From positions 1-37,908 of IMG/VR virus record IMGVR_UViG_3300030329_003932: DNA of 37,908 nt. One strand, 5' to 3'. This stretch comes from a virus (taxonomy: Duplodnaviria > Caudoviricetes). Under the pieces are notes generated by a model. The model was given only the letters and a program-made list of their open reading frames with translations. It did no database searches and was not told the DNA's origin. A program made the position numbers and the translations under genes. Below, in pieces: positions 28,688 through 36,000 of the stretch; the stretch's first letter is position 1; every line of letters starts with the position of its first letter.

Positions 28688-28926
28688 ACCTTTTTATTTA
28701 GTCCATATGTTGGAAAGTCATCATAGATTTCCAGGTATGGTGGTTTGGAAAATGTCTCCCAAGCGCCCTTGCATTGAGGGCAAGCAAGCAAGGTCTTTTC
28801 ATTGATAAAATTCTTATGTCGAGCATACCTATCTGGTTTCTTTTTTTGTCTCTCTAACTGGTCCAGTACCCAATCTATGCTGTTCGAATATTTCTTTGAC
28901 ATCAATTCCTTTGTCAACGGCTTCAC
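28654..28926 (-). CDS. Zn-finger hypothetical protein (start uncertain)
   Basis: CPQC...CPRC. Confidence 0.55.
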   Translation of the reverse strand: MKPLTKELMSKKYSNSIDWVLDQLERQKKKPDRYARHKNFINEKTLLACPQCKGAWETFSKPPYLEIYDDFPTYGLNKKVCPRCKNKKKN

Positions 28927-29266
28927 TAATTAATCTCGCAAGCGGTCTGAGTGGTAGCGATAGTATAGCTTCCATTCTGTCACCACGACTGACAACACCG
29001 ACCTCAGTTTTTTCAGGCAACATCCACCGTGGTACGCGACTACGTCTTTTAGCACCCAACCAAAAACCCAAAACTTCAACATCACCTTTTTCATGGTTGG
29101 CCCCACCTCTATCTCGATTGAAACAAGGAATTGAGTAGTCCCGAAATGTGTTGACTATCTCCCTCTGTAGTTCCGCTCCCCGTTGTCGATTCCTTCGGCC
29201 CCTTTGAGCGTTCTTCAATTGCTTTGAACTCTTCGAAGGTGATGAGTTCTTCTTGTTCTTTGTCAT
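28829..29266 (-). CDS. Holliday junction resolvase-like (Hjc-type PD-(D/E)XK) protein
   Basis: RNRQRGAELQREIV..GDV..LGAKR; located after the replication initiator. Confidence 0.55.
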   Translation of the reverse strand: MTKNKKNSSPSKSSKQLKNAQRGRRNRQRGAELQREIVNTFRDYSIPCFNRDRGGANHEKGDVEVLGFWLGAKRRSRVPRWMLPEKTEVGVVSRGDRMEAILSLPLRPLARLISEAVDKGIDVKEIFEQHRLGTGPVRETKKETR

Positions 29267-30230
29267 ACCTATCTCCTGGTTCTACTTTTACTGGTTTAGG
29301 TTTTTCATGGATTAGGTCATGCCCACATTTTTCGCACATCTGTCCTAATTTCCATTTAGCGCTAAAAAATAAAGGCTCCCTAAAGTGGTTAGATTTTGTA
29401 TTGGTGCAATAAGCAATCCATTCACCACGTTCAGTCTTTCTAAACCTTTCTTGTTTTGGTTCCTGGCTGCCACCAGGTGAATTCTCTTTCTTTCTGATAA
29501 TCCAGTTAGCAACGGCCATGCGCCAGACCTTTATCTTTGCTTTCCCTGAAAACCAGTTGGTCATCTCGTAGTAGTTCCAGAACTTGGTCCCTTCTTCTTC
29601 AGCGTTGGTGATGCCTTTCTCCTTAAAGTAGTCTATTACCATCTTGATGTCTTTGGGTCGGGCAACGTGAGTCTGTTTTTTCTTCTTACTGGTACTGGTC
29701 TTAGGTTTGCTAATTTTTTTATCGTTTATTAAAGAAATATTATTATTTATAGAAGTACTATTGTTATTGGTACTATTAGTATATATATTATTATTATTAT
29801 TAGTACTATTAGTACCTTTAGTACTATTAATACCTGACCCAATAAAGTTATCATACAAACTGGCGGACTGATTCACTTCTTGATTCATTATTGATTCAGG
29901 TTCCTGGGTAACTTCCATAATAACAATAGATACGCGAGTCATTTTTGATTCACTATTGATTCGACATTGATTCATCTTGACCAGCTTATGTAGGAATCTA
30001 TTGACGGTAGCCTGGGGCCAATTTATTGATTCAGCAATATCACGCTGTGACATGATGAATTCACCAGGTTTTAATGTGACCATATAGCCATTTATAAAGT
30101 GGCAATCATCACCCATTTCATCCGCCCATCGCATGAATTGAATAAAGGCCTGGCCTTCACTAAATGGTTTCCCATTGTTCCATAATTTATGGTCCAGTAA
30201 TTCTTTTGGGATTTTGATATAGCTACCCAC
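29109..30230 (-). CDS. Replication initiator / replisome organiser
   Basis: Likely GTG start at 30230 (GSYIKIPKELLDHKLW); winged-helix-like SQRDIAESINW..V.RFL; Asn-rich linker; FWNYYE..W..WRMAVANW domain; contains iteron-like repeats. Confidence 0.75.
   Translation of the reverse strand: MGSYIKIPKELLDHKLWNNGKPFSEGQAFIQFMRWADEMGDDCHFINGYMVTLKPGEFIMSQRDIAESINWPQATVNRFLHKLVKMNQCRINSESKMTRVSIVIMEVTQEPESIMNQEVNQSASLYDNFIGSGINSTKGTNSTNNNNNIYTNSTNNNSTSINNNISLINDKKISKPKTSTSKKKKQTHVARPKDIKMVIDYFKEKGITNAEEEGTKFWNYYEMTNWFSGKAKIKVWRMAVANWIIRKKENSPGGSQEPKQERFRKTERGEWIAYCTNTKSNHFREPLFFSAKWKLGQMCEKCGHDLIHEKPKPVKVEPGDRYDKEQEELITFEEFKAIEERSKGPKESTTGSGTTEGDSQHISGLLNSLFQSR
29755..29974. repeat. Putative replication origin: iterons plus AT-rich tract inside the initiator gene
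   Basis: TGATTC(A/G) at 29869, 29881, 29892 and 29946, 29957, 29968 (11-12 nt spacing); GTACTATT x4 at 29755, 29770, 29803, 29821 in an extremely AT-rich stretch. Confidence 0.65.
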
Positions 30231-30654
30231 AGACAACTTCCTGGATGGGAATAATGACCAGTTTACTAGCGTTTTTATCACCGCCCATGACAATGTGATT
30301 CATATGGATATGTTGGGTAGCCAGGCGTTTGAGTCGCTTACGCGAAATAATCAACATAAGCGACTCTTCTTCAGGGATGCGGATATTGAATAGCCACCAA
30401 TCTGCTGTGGTGGTTTGTAGGCCACTAGGTTTTCCAAAGCATTCTATCTCGATTGCCAGGTTCCCAGTTTTATAGGCCTTGAAATCTGTCTTTACTTCGA
30501 GCCTACCAGTTAAGACTGATAAGGCTTCGACTTCCCCGTTTAAACCCCGTAAAAGGTCTATATCGAAGGATTCTGCGCTATTTTTACCGTATCGTAGCTG
30601 TCCTAATAGATTCTCTATCTGGTCTGCTGATAGGTTCAGTTTTATTTGTGGCAT
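30223..30654 (-). CDS. PD-(D/E)XK-type nuclease-like protein
   Basis: FDIDL..G..GE, EVKTD..TGN.AIE, SGL.TT.ADWW; likely start MPQIKL. Confidence 0.6.
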   Translation of the reverse strand: MPQIKLNLSADQIENLLGQLRYGKNSAESFDIDLLRGLNGEVEALSVLTGRLEVKTDFKAYKTGNLAIEIECFGKPSGLQTTTADWWLFNIRIPEEESLMLIISRKRLKRLATQHIHMNHIVMGGDKNASKLVIIPIQEVVCG

Positions 30655-30740
30655 ATGGTATGTGGTCCATGTTAAAGTTTTGGGGATGGTCCAATATATA
30701 AGAACCACCCCCTTGCAGCAGATGTCTATCGAGTTGTGGA

Positions 30741-31010
30741 TTAGGGTGTGACATCTGCCTTACTGCGGAGCATTTTCCTAAATTCTTCATGGTTGTATAT
30801 ATAGCAGTCCCAAATGCGACCTGCCATATCTGTATCGTATCCCTCAACATCAGTAAGGAAATGTTTACATTCATAGACATCGACATAGCCATTCTTTCGA
30901 ATCAGACTGTTCTGTTCGATATGGAGTGTAATCTTTGGAAAAACATCACAACAGATGCTATCGAAGACTATGTCGAATTCGGTCATCATATTAGAATGGT
31001 AAGTCATCAC
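30741..31010 (-). CDS. Hypothetical protein
   Basis: ORF track, 89 aa, in the early operon. Confidence 0.45.
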   Translation of the reverse strand: MMTYHSNMMTEFDIVFDSICCDVFPKITLHIEQNSLIRKNGYVDVYECKHFLTDVEGYDTDMAGRIWDCYIYNHEEFRKMLRSKADVTP

Positions 31011-31299
31011 CGCTTGGTGAACTTTCTCCCCCTTCCTTTTTTGATTCTGTTGTCTTTAGAACCACCTTACCATTACTGTCGTGATTCTGCCATAGGGACA
31101 CATACTGTTTTTCGCTTTCAGGAATTGCTTCATAGTCAACTACTTTCCTACCATCCACCATTTTAGAATAGGTGTTTAGTGTTCCTACAGAATATGATAC
31201 TCCCTGAAAGTCAGGGTCTGTTTGGTTAGCCTTTTTTTCATTTTTCCAGTATGTTGCCTTACGCTGTGGAACATACTTTGCTTTTGCTGTATCAACCAT
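30991..31299 (-). CDS. Putative single-stranded DNA-binding protein
   Basis: 102 aa; WKN..K..PDFQG..VSLW pattern and acidic DDLPF C-terminal tail; next to the exonuclease. Confidence 0.65.
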   Translation of the reverse strand: MVDTAKAKYVPQRKATYWKNEKKANQTDPDFQGVSYSVGTLNTYSKMVDGRKVVDYEAIPESEKQYVSLWQNHDSNGKVVLKTTESKKEGGESSPSGDDLPF

Positions 31300-32161
31300 T
31301 TTGTTTGGTATCCTTATTGTTGTTTAAAAAAAACTTTTTAGGCAACTTCGGTTTTAGTTTAGGCTGCTCGGTCTTTTGTGCCGTTTCCCATAGTTCGTAT
31401 AGCTTGACTACGCGATGCATTAAATAGTTTGCATCATCAGTAAACTCACCAGACTTATTCCGTACCACCTTAACTTTCATCTTGCCTTCTTTGACTGTAT
31501 CTCTCCATCTTCCCTGGCAATACAAAACACCGAGCGCCTGCACCTTGACATCGTAAATCTTTTCAAGCAAGATTGCATAGGCCATGCATTGTTCAAAATG
31601 TTTATCTTGCTCATTACCAGTCTTTAAATCAGCAAGCATTAAAATGTCCTGGTCTTGTCTTTTGTTATAAATATTTAGGACCAGGTCAGCAGTACCTGCA
31701 TATGGCACTTCAGGATGCCACATCATTATTTCACTATGCAGTATTGTGGGTTTATTATTATTAAACCATTCCTGGTATGACCATAACATTTTCTGTACTA
31801 ATTGTATAGCTTCCCATTTATTTGGGTATATCAACTTCCAACGTATATCCGAATATGTATCCAACATTAACTCTATATCATCAACTGTGACTTCCTTCCC
31901 TTCGTTCATCTCGTCAACACATTGATGTGCTATGGTCCCAATGATTGCAGTTACGGGACCATCTATATCTGCCCATCTACCCTTATCCTTATACCAGTTA
32001 CTAAGTCCAGGTGAGGATTCAACACTTGCTACATTGGTCCAGGAAGGTTTTAATGGATTCTCAACATTCTTATAAACATCAAGTGCTGTTGGACCATAGA
32101 ATCTTCCACCGCCAGTTGCATATCTCCTGGCCTGGATACCTTTAGTAAAGTCTATTTTCAT
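31292..32161 (-). CDS. PD-(D/E)XK exonuclease (recombination exonuclease, RecB/Cas4-like fold)
   Basis: PSWT.V, GTIAH, YAGTADL, DLKTG, QCMAYA motifs. Confidence 0.8.
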   Translation of the reverse strand: MKIDFTKGIQARRYATGGGRFYGPTALDVYKNVENPLKPSWTNVASVESSPGLSNWYKDKGRWADIDGPVTAIIGTIAHQCVDEMNEGKEVTVDDIELMLDTYSDIRWKLIYPNKWEAIQLVQKMLWSYQEWFNNNKPTILHSEIMMWHPEVPYAGTADLVLNIYNKRQDQDILMLADLKTGNEQDKHFEQCMAYAILLEKIYDVKVQALGVLYCQGRWRDTVKEGKMKVKVVRNKSGEFTDDANYLMHRVVKLYELWETAQKTEQPKLKPKLPKKFFLNNNKDTKQNG

Positions 32162-32164
32162 AAA

Positions 32165-32341
32165 TTATCTCCCATTGCTTTTTAGCCATTCTTCAAAGTC
32201 TGACTTTCTTATTCTAATTATTTGATTACTTATTTTATGAGATGGAATTTCACCTGTAGTGACTTTGAGATGTATTAGCTGATAGCTAACCCCCAACATC
32301 TCCGCAATTTGCTTTATACTATAAAATAAAGGCTTATTCAT
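32165..32341 (-). CDS. Excisionase/Cro-like HTH protein (58 aa)
   Basis: Hand-translated MNKPLFYSIKQIAEMLGVSYQLIHLKVTTGEIPSHKISNQKLIRIRKSDFEEWLKSNGR (HTH_17/Xis pattern); divergent from the repressor. Confidence 0.8.
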   Translation of the reverse strand: MNKPLFYSIKQIAEMLGVSYQLIHLKVTTGEIPSHKISNQIIRIRKSDFEEWLKSNGR

Positions 32342-32581
32342 GTTGTGTACCCTTTGTTATGTGGTGTACTGATACTAACTATGCTATACAGTAGTATTTC
32401 AATACTAAATATAACATACTATAATATATTAATATAATGCAAGATAATAATGTAATTATACAGTATAATATCATTTGCTATGGTATATTATAGTATAGTA
32501 ATATACGATAAGGTAATTAATATAGTTTTGGATATGGGTCTAGGGTAATATCTTAAACATTAACATAAAGTGAGGAAATAA
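32342..32581. promoter_or_regulatory. Divergent lysis/lysogeny switch region with candidate operators
   Basis: Very AT-rich; perfect palindrome ATTATAC-A-GTATAAT (32455-69); inverted repeat GTATATTA-N8-TAATATAC (32483-32506). Confidence 0.6.
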
Positions 32582-33373
32582 ATGAACCAACTTAGTAATA
32601 CTGCTAGGATGTTTAAGATGCTGAGAATGGAGTTAGGCATAACACAAAGAGAATTAGCTGATAAGCTAGATATAAGTCCTGGGAGCGTATATAAATATGA
32701 GAATACGCTAATGGAACCAGGCCATAGAGTTATTGAGAAAGTCTATGAGTTGGCAAAAAGCAACAACGTAACATTATCGGATGCTGAAACAGTAGGGACT
32801 GGTAAAGGAACCAGACCATCTGATAACGACCCAAAAGGAGAACAATCAATGGACACATCATATATGGGCCTATTGAAAGATAAAGTAGATTCTCAATCAG
32901 TTGAGATATCTAAACTAAAAGCAGCATTGAATGAGAAACAAGCAGAGTCCACTCATTGGGACGAACTTGAATATCATTTTATCTGCGATGTAAGGATAAT
33001 AAGGAATGGTTTTACACTAGGTCGATGTATCGAATCAGTTAGTGATATATCATCTATAGTGAAATACACGGGATATAGCCAAAAAGAAGTGGAAAAATTC
33101 TTTTCGGTTGGTATAGAATATCCCAGATTGGATGACCATCCAGTAAATGGAATAATATGTGACAAGTCTTTAAAGACACTTCAGTCACATACTAGGTCTT
33201 TACCTTACATATTCGATAGTCTAAAACACATGGTAGGCAATCATTATGTCCCAGTACCTATTACATATAAACATAAGACTATAGACAGAATGGTACATAC
33301 AATCACATTCAATAAGATTGATTGGCGAAATATGATAGTCTACTCCAAGGTTCAATTTTTGGACCTAAACTAA
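32582..33373 (+). CDS. XRE-family repressor with coiled coil and PAS-like C-terminal domain
   Basis: LRMELGITQRELADKLDISPGSVYKYE HTH; C-terminal YTGYSQKEV motif; no S24 peptidase motif seen; GAGG SD. Confidence 0.8.
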   Translation: MNQLSNTARMFKMLRMELGITQRELADKLDISPGSVYKYENTLMEPGHRVIEKVYELAKSNNVTLSDAETVGTGKGTRPSDNDPKGEQSMDTSYMGLLKDKVDSQSVEISKLKAALNEKQAESTHWDELEYHFICDVRIIRNGFTLGRCIESVSDISSIVKYTGYSQKEVEKFFSVGIEYPRLDDHPVNGIICDKSLKTLQSHTRSLPYIFDSLKHMVGNHYVPVPITYKHKTIDRMVHTITFNKIDWRNMIVYSKVQFLDLN

Positions 33374-33376
33374 AAT

Positions 33377-33400
33377 AAAATGGTAACAATATGGTAACAG
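33377..33400 (+). repeat. attP arm-type site pair, left
   Basis: AAAATGGTAACAATATGGTAACAG, identical to 33626-33649; contains ATGGTAACA twice. Confidence 0.75.
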
Positions 33401-33441
33401 TACATATTTGAGACTAGAAAATCGCATCCCTTCTACGATAA

Positions 33442-33467
33442 AAAAGCCCCAGTCATTTGGGGCTTTT
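33442..33467. terminator. Bidirectional intrinsic terminator between the repressor and the tRNA fragment
   Basis: AAAAGCCCCA-GTCATT-TGGGGCTTTT. Confidence 0.8.
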
Positions 33468-33485
33468 CTCGTCAATAGATTGATG

Positions 33486-33545
33486 CGGAGAGAGTGGGAT
33501 TCGAACCCACGTTACGCTATTAACGCAAACACGCTTTCCAAGCGT
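33486..33545 (-). other. attP core: 3' portion of tRNA-Ser(GGA)
   Basis: Minus strand reads ACGC-TTGGAAA-GCGT (anticodon GGA), long variable arm, GTGGGTTCGAATCCCAC T-arm, TCTCTCC-G. No D arm and no CCA. Confidence 0.85.
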
Positions 33546-33625
33546 ATTAACTCTCCTCGGTAAGGTGTGCTTACCGTCAGTAAAGCTTGTTAAATGATTA
33601 TATACCATACTACACAATAATACAC

Positions 33626-33649
33626 AAAATGGTAACAATATGGTAACAG
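33626..33649 (+). repeat. attP arm-type site pair, right
   Basis: Perfect 24-bp direct repeat of 33377-33400. Confidence 0.75.
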
Positions 33650-33660
33650 AGTTTAATAGC

Positions 33661-33702
33661 AAAAAGGCCCCGAAAGGACAGCAAAATCCAGGGACGGGGC
33701 CT
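33661..33702 (-). terminator. Lysis-operon terminator with a 22-nt loop antisense to the shared RBS element (candidate sRNA)
   Basis: Minus strand AGGCCCCG-TCCCTGGATTTTGCTGTCCTTT-CGGGGCCT-TTTT, starting right after the endolysin stop. Confidence 0.8.
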
Positions 33703-33703
33703 A

Positions 33704-34189
33704 TTAAGTGGTAAGCGAACCTACCATATCTCTAAACTTGTCAATGGTCCCAGCACCTTTTTCAGTATTATATACCTTCTTCCACATTCTTGCAGCTTCA
33801 TCGATATTCTTACTCATAGGTAATGGTGACCGCCAATATTTCAATCGGCAATGTACGATACCACTAGCCATATTGACCAATAGAATTTTATCCCAGGTAT
33901 CAGCGTTACCACTAACCCATACATCAGGTTGGGTCATGGTGACTTCAGCGCATTTAAACGCTAATTTGGACCGATACTTGATATAATTCTCACATTGAGA
34001 AACTGCTGTATTTGGTTCTACTTGCCAGAACGACCTGGCAGGCCCAGTACCTAATTGTTTAATATACTCATACCTGGATTCAACGTGTCCAGTCCAGTAC
34101 ACTAAATCAACAGCATCTTTACTGGCATATTTAGAGCCAAGACCGTTTAAGGTATTCTTAATTAAGGTCCTTATTTGTTGGTGATTCAT
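33704..34189 (-). CDS. Putative endolysin (lysozyme-like fold)
   Basis: HVES..Y..QLG.GPARSFWQVEP..WKKVYNT..GAG pattern; last gene of a cassette with TM proteins. Confidence 0.65.
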   Translation of the reverse strand: MNHQQIRTLIKNTLNGLGSKYASKDAVDLVYWTGHVESRYEYIKQLGTGPARSFWQVEPNTAVSQCENYIKYRSKLAFKCAEVTMTQPDVWVSGNADTWDKILLVNMASGIVHCRLKYWRSPLPMSKNIDEAARMWKKVYNTEKGAGTIDKFRDMVGSLTT

Positions 34190-34449
34190 TTTATTTTAAT
34201 TGAGCCAATCAGTCCGACCATCAAATTCTGAATGATATCAGCTAGTGCGCGAAACATCTTTTCTTCCTTTTGGTCCGAGGTCCAGGGAATGTCAACTGCC
34301 TTGTCCATTTTTTCGGCTAATTTTATTTCGAATTCATCACTCTTTAAATATTCAACCACACCGACTTGAACTGCATCGGCTTGTTTTTCTGCAAGTTCCA
34401 TCGCATACTTAACGGCTTCATCTTTCATTTTTTCCATCACGGCTTTCAT
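34186..34449 (-). CDS. Lysis-cassette hypothetical protein
   Basis: 87 aa; ATGA overlaps. Confidence 0.6.
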   Translation of the reverse strand: MKAVMEKMKDEAVKYAMELAEKQADAVQVGVVEYLKSDEFEIKLAEKMDKAVDIPWTSDQKEEKMFRALADIIQNLMVGLIGSIKIK

Positions 34450-34673
34450 ACTATCCTCATTATTAGGTTTACGATTATTGGTAATGCTATTAATCCCATA
34501 GCGCCCCAGGTTTTAATTTGAACCAGATTTGATTCATGCTCTGCAACTTTTCCATTTAGCTTTTCCAAATGGTTATCAATTCTTTTCAAGTGTTTAAATA
34601 TGGTTATCTGCCTTTCATTAAGTTTAACCAGGAGCCTAATAACCTCATCTCTATGTTGATTAGTGTCGGCCAT
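34446..34673 (-). CDS. Holin/XhlA-like membrane protein
   Basis: Coiled coil plus a C-terminal TM helix. Confidence 0.55.
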   Translation of the reverse strand: MADTNQHRDEVIRLLVKLNERQITIFKHLKRIDNHLEKLNGKVAEHESNLVQIKTWGAMGLIALPIIVNLIMRIV

Positions 34674-34986
34674 TGATTCGACTCACGGACCCTTTTACCT
34701 CTGACAAATCATTATCAATATTTGACAAATCTCGCCTTAAATCGTCTACCTTACGGTCCAGCTTATCATCAGATTTGTCCATTCTCTGTAATAATTTGAG
34801 TAGTATCCCCTCAACATTATTTGCAGTTTCGGCAGCCTTTGCCTGGTCTACTGCCATTTTATCCAGGCTCTCATTTTGTGCAGTCTGGGATTTTATGATG
34901 TTAGTTATCATAAAGCCGAATAAAAGGGCCATTACTCCAATGACACCTAATTCACCCCAGGCATCTATTATCTGCTGTGTATCCAT
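34660..34986 (-). CDS. Holin-like protein (N-terminal TM plus coiled coil)
   Basis: LGVIGVMALLFGFMI TM segment followed by a heptad region. Confidence 0.55.
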   Translation of the reverse strand: MDTQQIIDAWGELGVIGVMALLFGFMITNIIKSQTAQNESLDKMAVDQAKAAETANNVEGILLKLLQRMDKSDDKLDRKVDDLRRDLSNIDNDLSEVKGSVSRINGRH

Positions 34987-35285
34987 TATTTCTTTTTCTT
35001 TTTACCTAAAGCTTTTTCGTACCATTTTAATTCTTCTTCCATTTCAGCAAATCTTTCTTGTTCTTCTACGATATGTTTTTCAACGAGTTCTGTGATAGTT
35101 TTATTAGCATCAGACATCTCTCTTTCTAATTCTGCAATTCTTTGAATAACTGAGTAATATGAATAAACAAGCCCTGCAATAACAACAGCCGATTGAAGTA
35201 ACCATTTAATGTTAATTGATATAATGGCGTTATCATCAACGACTGTACCTCTATAGCTTCGTGCAGTTTCAGGCTTACCACTCAC
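34986..35285 (-). CDS. Membrane-anchored coiled-coil protein (lysis cassette)
   Basis: WLLQSAVVIAGLVYSYY TM segment plus coiled coil. Confidence 0.55.
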   Translation of the reverse strand: MSGKPETARSYRGTVVDDNAIISINIKWLLQSAVVIAGLVYSYYSVIQRIAELEREMSDANKTITELVEKHIVEEQERFAEMEEELKWYEKALGKKKKK

Positions 35286-35464
35286 TTAACTTCCCAGCCA
35301 GCTATGGACCAGCCAGAGTCACATCCTGCCACTACTGTAAATAAAAATATAAACAGTAAAAACAGAATGTAACTTGCAATCATTTGCTTACCTGGCGATG
35401 GGTGATTCAATCTAGTCCTGAACCACCGCTTCAGCGATTTCGTCATCTGCAAGAGCCTTTTCAA
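35282..35464 (-). CDS. Tiny predicted lipoprotein (start uncertain)
   Basis: Hydrophobic stretch ending in lipobox VAG-C, followed by only 12 residues. Confidence 0.5.
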   Translation of the reverse strand: MKRLLQMTKSLKRWFRTRLNHPSPGKQMIASYILFLLFIFLFTVVAGCDSGWSIAGWEVK

Positions 35465-35651
35465 GCTTCTTCATAAAGAACTTTCGGCCACCTTGTAACT
35501 GGTCCAGATTAAACTGGGACCCACCTATTTTCCTATCTAGGTCATATACATGGTTAACAAGTAAAAGCTGTTCTTCGTTGAAGTCGCTTACTTTGTATTC
35601 TTTATCATTGATAACCACTACCTGATTTTCTTTTTCTTTTTTATCTGGCAT
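35412..35651 (-). CDS. Hypothetical protein (possible tail-fibre chaperone)
   Basis: 79 aa; AAGGA SD; follows the tail fibre. Confidence 0.65.
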   Translation of the reverse strand: MPDKKEKENQVVVINDKEYKVSDFNEEQLLLVNHVYDLDRKIGGSQFNLDQLQGGRKFFMKKLEKALADDEIAEAVVQD

Positions 35652-35664
35652 TCTTATCCTTTGG

Positions 35665-35988
35665 TTATAACGCTTCGATATCAGCTTTTAAGGCTGTCCA
35701 TCCATCTTTTTCTGCTGTCATGTCTACAATTCGCTTATCACAGTCTGCTATGGATGCATCACATTGTTCAACTGATACATTTTGTATTACATCTGCCAAT
35801 GCCTTACCTGTTTCTCCATCGTAGCGTTTTTTGGTTAATTGAATAACATCGTGGCTAACTTCAGCTTTTGCTTCACGAACCACAACGCCTTTATCATCTT
35901 TAACTTCCGTGACTGCTGGGCTTGTAACAACTTTGTTCTTAGCCACAGACCACTTCTTGTTCTTTTTTCTTTCCGCGTAGTCTTTCAT
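35665..35988 (-). CDS. Hypothetical protein downstream of the tail fibre
   Basis: 107 aa; AAGGAAGGA SD. Confidence 0.65.
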   Translation of the reverse strand: MKDYAERKKNKKWSVAKNKVVTSPAVTEVKDDKGVVVREAKAEVSHDVIQLTKKRYDGETGKALADVIQNVSVEQCDASIADCDKRIVDMTAEKDGWTALKADIEAL

Positions 35989-36000
35989 TTTCCTTCCTTT

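Noticed and set aside
30597-30604. Extra AGGACAGC match (minus strand), and AGGAACAGCATG near 27531
   Set aside because: Short or imperfect matches inside or antisense to coding sequence, not at credible starts; treated as chance.
31292-32161. cas4 as part of a CRISPR system
   Set aside because: No Fe-S Cys cluster pattern; context beside an SSB-like gene indicates a recombination exonuclease.
33486-33556. Functional full-length tRNA-Ser gene
   Set aside because: The D arm is absent and no CCA is encoded; flanking arm repeats favour an attP core.
33377-33649. CRISPR array from the 24-bp direct repeats
   Set aside because: Only two copies, 225 nt apart, non-palindromic, and no cas operon.
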